This document shows, one piece after another, positions 59,389 through 64,000 of a stretch of DNA of 64,000 nt. The translations under genes were made by a program, and so were the position numbers. Origin of the DNA: Fimbriimonadia bacterium (GTDB lineage Bacteria; Armatimonadota; Fimbriimonadia; Fimbriimonadales; JABRVX01); the NCBI GenBank assembly GCA_041483895.1, contig JBGPGO010000012.1, forward strand, positions 74,188 to 138,187, read 5' to 3'. Under the pieces are notes generated by a model. It had not been told where the DNA came from. It made no database searches and worked only from the letters and a program-made list of their open reading frames with translations. Numbering within the stretch: the stretch's first letter is position 1; each line of letters starts with the position of its first letter.

Positions 59389-59544
59389 GTCATCCTGAGC
59401 ATGCGAGGAATCTCTTATTTTGACACTTAGGCTGTCATTCCGAAGCGGAGCGAGGAATCCCTTTCAGAACCTCTCACCGAGCACCAACGCTATCATATTG
59501 CAGAACACCCGGAAAGGGATTCCGCGCTCCGCTTCGGAATGACA
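59389..59544. repeat. REP/REPIN-like inverted pair
   Basis: tgtcattccgaagcggagcg (59433) and its inverse ending 59544; partial copy at 59389. Confidence 0.8.
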
Positions 59545-59549
59545 AAGAC

Positions 59550-60368
59550 TCAGTCTTGCACCACCTCGAAATCGCAGCTGGGGATGAGGCCGGCGGCGTG
59601 GCCGCGGGAGAGGAACGTGCGGATGGCGGTGAGGCCCCGCTCGCCCATATCCCGCGTCATCTCATTGACATACATTCCGACGAACTCGTCGGCGGTGGAG
59701 CGGTCCATGCCCCGCGCGAACTTCAGCGCATAGTCCAGCGCCGCCTCCCGGTTTTGCAGTCCGGCCTCAATGCTCTGCCGCATCGCCCGCGAAACCTCCG
59801 CCATCACCGCAGGACCCAGGTCGCGCCGGACCACATTGACCCCCAGCGGCAACGGCAGGCCGGTCTCCTCCATCCACCATTCGCCCATGTCTCGCAGCAG
59901 GACCAGCCCTTCCTCTTTGTGCGTCAGTTGGCTCTCGTGGATGATCAGGCCGACATCGTAACGGCCGTCCAACACGGCGGGCACGATCTGGTTGAACGGC
60001 ACGACCTCGCAGCGCGCGCCGGGCAGATAGAGCTGGAGCGCGAGGTAGGCGCTGGTCAATAGGCCGGGGACGGCAATCACCGAAGAGGATGGGTCGGCGG
60101 AGGCGGAACGAGCGACCAGCATCGGGCCATAGTTGTCGCCAAAACTTGCGCCATGCCGGAGCAGCGCGTACCTGTCCGTCAGATGCGCGAAGGCGTGGAC
60201 GGAGACGGCGGTGGATTCCAGCTTTCCCTCCCGCGCCCATTCGTTGAGAGTCTGAATGTCGCGCAGGATGTGCTCGAACTGGTGGTCGGATCTCACGGCG
60301 CCGCTCGCGAGGCCCCAAAACATGAACGCGTCGTCGGAGTCGGGGCTGTGCCCCAAGCGAATTAACAT
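59550..60368 (-). CDS. mqnD: 1,4-dihydroxy-6-naphthoate synthase (futalosine pathway)
   Basis: GHSPDSDDAFMF, DIQTLN, YGP, LIIHE, LPLPLG, MYVN. Confidence 0.92.
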   Translation of the reverse strand: MLIRLGHSPDSDDAFMFWGLASGAVRSDHQFEHILRDIQTLNEWAREGKLESTAVSVHAFAHLTDRYALLRHGASFGDNYGPMLVARSASADPSSSVIAVPGLLTSAYLALQLYLPGARCEVVPFNQIVPAVLDGRYDVGLIIHESQLTHKEEGLVLLRDMGEWWMEETGLPLPLGVNVVRRDLGPAVMAEVSRAMRQSIEAGLQNREAALDYALKFARGMDRSTADEFVGMYVNEMTRDMGERGLTAIRTFLSRGHAAGLIPSCDFEVVQD

Positions 60369-60389
60369 GAGTTTAGGATACCGTCCCTC

Positions 60390-60417
60390 TTGACATTTCT
60401 GGAGAAAGGTTTATAAT
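60390..60417 (+). promoter_or_regulatory. Consensus sigma70 promoter of the PEP-CTERM array
   Basis: TTGACA-N16-TATAAT, then AGGAGG SD and ATG 60436. Confidence 0.85.
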
Positions 60418-60435
60418 GTAGATTACTAGGAGGGA

Positions 60436-61116
60436 ATGATGAGGTCCCTAGTTATTTGCATTGCTTTGGTACTCTGTCCGAGCCTTTTCGGCGCGTACAC
60501 CACGCGTTTGTTCTTTCGCAACTCCACTACCGGGGCTACGAATGCCGGGGCTGTGCTCGCTTCCCCAGGGGATGTTGTCGAGGTCTGGTTCACTTTCCAC
60601 AAGCTGGACAACGTCAACCCATTCAAGTGGGGCACTTTGCAGTTGACGATGTGTCTTGACGGGTTAACGCTCGTCAGCGCTGCAGACCAGGCGAATTGGT
60701 ATGCTTCCATCGAAACTGCCAAGAAATCAGGCGGTCCGGCCGGAGATTGGCTGACATCGATCGCTTGGAGCGGCGAACTTCGCGATTCATCTATCGATCC
60801 CACGGATCCGACCGCGCTTTTCCTTTGCGGAAATGGATTGTACTTTCTACTCGGTGTTGAAGGAACGAAGGGTAGGGATTCGGACTGGGACGTAATGATT
60901 TGGAAGTTCACGGTACAGGCTGGGAGTGAGGGGCAGGTACTCGATTGGTTCCTCGATGGCAGGAACACACCCACGGGGCTATCAACTCGCATCCTCGATC
61001 AGAAGGGTAAGACGATTGATCTGACAGACAATTGGGTGTCCGTGGTTCCTGAGCCGGGCGTCGTGGGTGGTTTTGGTGTGTTGTTCTCTCTTTTGGCTTT
61101 GCGACGACGAAGATAG
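60436..61116 (+). CDS. PEP-CTERM array protein 1 (cohesin-like, type A)
   Basis: Signal peptide, PGDVVEVWF, WGTLQ, IDPTDP loop, VPEP-TM-RRRR. Confidence 0.88.
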   Translation: MMRSLVICIALVLCPSLFGAYTTRLFFRNSTTGATNAGAVLASPGDVVEVWFTFHKLDNVNPFKWGTLQLTMCLDGLTLVSAADQANWYASIETAKKSGGPAGDWLTSIAWSGELRDSSIDPTDPTALFLCGNGLYFLLGVEGTKGRDSDWDVMIWKFTVQAGSEGQVLDWFLDGRNTPTGLSTRILDQKGKTIDLTDNWVSVVPEPGVVGGFGVLFSLLALRRRR

Positions 61117-61130
61117 GGAAGGTGTCGGAA

Positions 61131-61808
61131 ATGGCTCGTTGGTTAGTTTTGATCGGGATCTTCTGTCTGGCTTGCGCCGCGCAGGCAAGCTACACGGCGC
61201 GTCTGTCCTTCCGCAACGCGACTACCGGCGAGGATAACGCCGGCTCTTTGCTTGCATCTCCGGGCGACTCGATCGAGATTTGGTATTCCTTCCATGCGCT
61301 CGATAATGTCAGTCCGTACAAGTGGGGCACTTTGCAAATCACGCTTTGTCTTGATGGATTGACGCTCGTTGGCGCCGAGGATCAGGCCAATTGGAGTACC
61401 TCCATCTACAATGCGATCGGTGGCGGAGGTCCCGGCGGCGACATCCCGTCGGTCATTTTCGGCAATGGAGTACTCCACGATAATGCGATCGATCCCACCG
61501 ATCCGAGCCAGCCGATTGTTTGCAACAATGGCCTCTACGTTTTGCTCGGCATGAACGGTTCGAAGGCAAAGGCGTCGAATTGGGATGTCATGTTTTGGAG
61601 CTTCACGGTTCAACCCGGCAGCGAAGGGCAAGTGCTCGATTGGTTCTTCGATGGCCGCAGCACGCCGACAGGCCTATCGACGCGGATCCTCGATCAGAAG
61701 AACCGCACGGTGGATGCGACGGACAACTGGGTGACGGTCGTTCCGGAGCCCGGAGGACTAGCAATCGCCGCAACATTTTCTTTGCTTTTCTTGCGACGGA
61801 GACGATAA
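61131..61808 (+). CDS. PEP-CTERM array protein 2 (type A)
   Basis: Paralog with IDPTDP loop and a different TM tail. Confidence 0.88.
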   Translation: MARWLVLIGIFCLACAAQASYTARLSFRNATTGEDNAGSLLASPGDSIEIWYSFHALDNVSPYKWGTLQITLCLDGLTLVGAEDQANWSTSIYNAIGGGGPGGDIPSVIFGNGVLHDNAIDPTDPSQPIVCNNGLYVLLGMNGSKAKASNWDVMFWSFTVQPGSEGQVLDWFFDGRSTPTGLSTRILDQKNRTVDATDNWVTVVPEPGGLAIAATFSLLFLRRRR

Positions 61809-61821
61809 AGGACGGTGCAGT

Positions 61822-62487
61822 ATGGTTCGATGGTTTGTTTCACTCGCGCTCGCGGTGGCCGCTTGCGGTACGCAGGCAGCCTACAACGTTCGACTCTACT
61901 ACCGCGATGCCACCACCGGCGAGGACAACCCCGGAGCCTTGATCGCTCATCCCGGCGATGTAGTCGAGATCTGGTTCTCCTTCCACAAGCTGGATACGGT
62001 GAATCCATACAGATGGGGCACACTCCAGATAACTCTCTGTTTCGACGGCCTGAACATCGTCGATCAATCGGACAAGGACAACTGGAGGGGCTCCATCCTC
62101 GCTTCTGAGACGGAAGGCGGCCCCGCCTCCGACTTTTTGGCAACTGTTACCGGAAACGGACAGTTCTTGGAGTGCAACGAGTTTTGCACCGTGCTCTGCC
62201 ATGACGGACTTTACGGGCTCCTTGGCATCAACGGTTCGAAGGTGCGCTCCGCGGATTGGGACGCCAAGCTTTGGTCGTTCACAGTACAGCCATACAGCGC
62301 GGGCGAGACCTTGGGATGGCTTCTGGCCGGCCGCGACACGGCAACCAGTTTTTCCACCCGAATTCTCGATCAGAAGAATCGGACCGTCGACCCCACTGAC
62401 AACTTTGTGACGGTCGTGCCGGAGCCCGGCATAGTAAGTGGATTCGGTGTCTTGTGTTCCCTCTTGGCTTTGCGACGACGGAGTTAG
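61822..62487 (+). CDS. PEP-CTERM array protein 3 (type B)
   Basis: Paralog with ECNEFCTVLC loop. Confidence 0.88.
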   Translation: MVRWFVSLALAVAACGTQAAYNVRLYYRDATTGEDNPGALIAHPGDVVEIWFSFHKLDTVNPYRWGTLQITLCFDGLNIVDQSDKDNWRGSILASETEGGPASDFLATVTGNGQFLECNEFCTVLCHDGLYGLLGINGSKVRSADWDAKLWSFTVQPYSAGETLGWLLAGRDTATSFSTRILDQKNRTVDPTDNFVTVVPEPGIVSGFGVLCSLLALRRRS

Positions 62488-62505
62488 ACAAAGAAGGTGT
62501 TTGGC

Positions 62506-63186
62506 ATGTTGAAACTATTTGTTTCAATGTTTATAGTGTGTATCGTTAGTGCCGCCCAGGCAAGCTACAACGCGCGGCTGGACTTCCGCAACCCGGCTTT
62601 TGGCGCGGCCATGCCCGGCGCTCTGGTCGTACGTCCCGGCGATACTGTCGAGGTCTGGTACACGTTCCACAAAAATGATACTGTGAACCCGTATAAATGG
62701 GGCACGCTGCAGGTCACGCTTTGCCTGGACGGATTGACGATGGTCTCGGCGGCCGATCAGGCGAGCTGGAACGCCGCAATCACAACTGCGAAGTCATCTG
62801 GCGGGCCCGCTTCGGATTTTCTCTCGACGGTTATCGGCAACGGCCCACTTCACGGCAACCCCATCGATCCGACCGATCCCAGCGCCCCGCTGGTATGCAA
62901 CAACGGCGTGTACATGCTATTGGGCATCAACGAGGCAAGGGCTCGCGCTGCGGATTGGGAAGTTAAGCTTTGGCTGTTCACCGTTCAGCCCGGGAGCGCC
63001 GGGCAGAAGCTCGATTGGTTTATAGACCCATTCAACGGAGAGCAGGGACTCAATACGCGGATCCTGGACCAGAAGGGTCAAAGCTTGCATCCGACGGACA
63101 ATTGGGTGATAGTCGTGCCGGAGCCCAGCGTTGTTGGCGGATTTGGTGTTTTGTGTTCTCTATTGGCTTTGCGACGACGAAGATAG
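62506..63186 (+). CDS. PEP-CTERM array protein 4 (type A)
   Basis: Paralog with IDPTDP loop. Confidence 0.88.
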   Translation: MLKLFVSMFIVCIVSAAQASYNARLDFRNPAFGAAMPGALVVRPGDTVEVWYTFHKNDTVNPYKWGTLQVTLCLDGLTMVSAADQASWNAAITTAKSSGGPASDFLSTVIGNGPLHGNPIDPTDPSAPLVCNNGVYMLLGINEARARAADWEVKLWLFTVQPGSAGQKLDWFIDPFNGEQGLNTRILDQKGQSLHPTDNWVIVVPEPSVVGGFGVLCSLLALRRRR

Positions 63187-63200
63187 CGAAGGTGTTTGAC

Positions 63201-63866
63201 ATGTTTCGATTATTTGTTTCGCTTCTGATGGTGTTGCTCGTTTGCGCCGCACAGGCGGATTATGCGGCACGGCTTTACTTTCGCGACGCGACGACCGGCG
63301 ACTCGGGTGCAGGGGCTGTGGTCGCACATCCCGGCGACGTGGTCGAGGTCTGGTTTTCGTTCCACAAGCTGGATATGGTGAATCCGTACAAGTGGGGCAC
63401 CCTGCAAGTCACCCTCTGCTTTGACGGCCTCAATATAGCAGGGAAGCCTGACAAAGACAATTGGGAAGCATCCATCACGGCCGCGAAATCCGAGGGCGGA
63501 CCCGCGTCGGATTTTCTCGCGACCGTCATAGGCAAAGGGGAACTCTGCGACAACGTTTTTTTCTGCCATCCTTTCTGTTATGACGGCCTGTACGTTTTGC
63601 TCGGGATCAATGGATCAAAGGCCCGCGCTCAGGATTGGGACGCCAAGCTGTGGTCGTTCACGGTCCAGCCATACAGCGCCGGCGAGACCCTCGACTGGCT
63701 TCTTGACGGACGGGACACAGGCACCGGGTTATCTACGCGGATACTCGACCAGAAGAACAACTCGGTGGACGTGACGGACAACCGGGTGACTGTGGTACCG
63801 GAACCTGCAGCGGTTGCCGGAGCTATTATGTGCGCGGCCGCAGTGTACTCTCGAAGAAGGAGATGA
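63201..63866 (+). CDS. PEP-CTERM array protein 5 (type B)
   Basis: Paralog with LCDNVFFCHPFC loop; ATG 63201. Confidence 0.88.
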   Translation: MFRLFVSLLMVLLVCAAQADYAARLYFRDATTGDSGAGAVVAHPGDVVEVWFSFHKLDMVNPYKWGTLQVTLCFDGLNIAGKPDKDNWEASITAAKSEGGPASDFLATVIGKGELCDNVFFCHPFCYDGLYVLLGINGSKARAQDWDAKLWSFTVQPYSAGETLDWLLDGRDTGTGLSTRILDQKNNSVDVTDNRVTVVPEPAAVAGAIMCAAAVYSRRRR

Positions 63867-63872
63867 TCGGGA

Positions 63873-64000
63873 ATGTTTCGATTATTTGTTTCACTTTGGA
63901 TGGTAGTCTTGTTTGCCGGAAATGGGTTTTGCGCCTATTCCGCTCGACTTTTTTTCCGAGACGCGACGACGGGCGTTGACGGTCCGGGCGAGGTGATTGC
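63873..64000 (+). CDS. PEP-CTERM array protein 6 (partial, runs off the window)
   Basis: MFRLFVSLWMVVLFAGNGFCAYSARLFFRDATTG; same N-terminal motif as the other copies. Confidence 0.85.
   Translation, partial: MFRLFVSLWMVVLFAGNGFCAYSARLFFRDATTGVDGPGEVI

Noticed and set aside
60436..64000. Diversity-generating retroelement or integron behind the array
   Set aside because: No reverse transcriptase, integrase, attC sites or adenine-specific TR/VR pair visible in the window.

Overview
GC-rich bacterial chromosomal window. The many PEP-CTERM proteins, dockerin-tailed secreted proteins and futalosine-pathway gene suggest an Armatimonadota-like diderm, which is an inference. The backbone is housekeeping: rho, hpt, guaA, mtnP-like, mtnA, ftsEX-envC, tRNA-fMet, rfbB, gmhA, tatA, selA, natAB-like ABC, bcp, dacB, ltaE, parAB, opp-type ABC, secA, mqnD. 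Accessory content is interspersed. Main items: (1) an operon of at least 6 tandem, mosaic PEP-CTERM proteins with a cohesin-like pattern, in a window that also encodes three secreted proteins with C-terminal dockerin-like repeats, suggesting a cell-surface cohesin-dockerin display system; (2) a sigma28-like promoter and c-di-GMP-I riboswitch ahead of an orphan flgM that runs into parA-parB; (3) a cyclase-NB-ARC-TPR STAND gene paired with a secreted protein, next to hicBA; (4) a caspase/CHAT-like plus DUF4145 islet bordered by a REPIN-like hairpin; (5) REP-like palindromes, some translated in-frame inside dacB; (6) many apparently leaderless genes; (7) a possible AUU start for rho. All calls come from motif recognition by eye; no searches were run.
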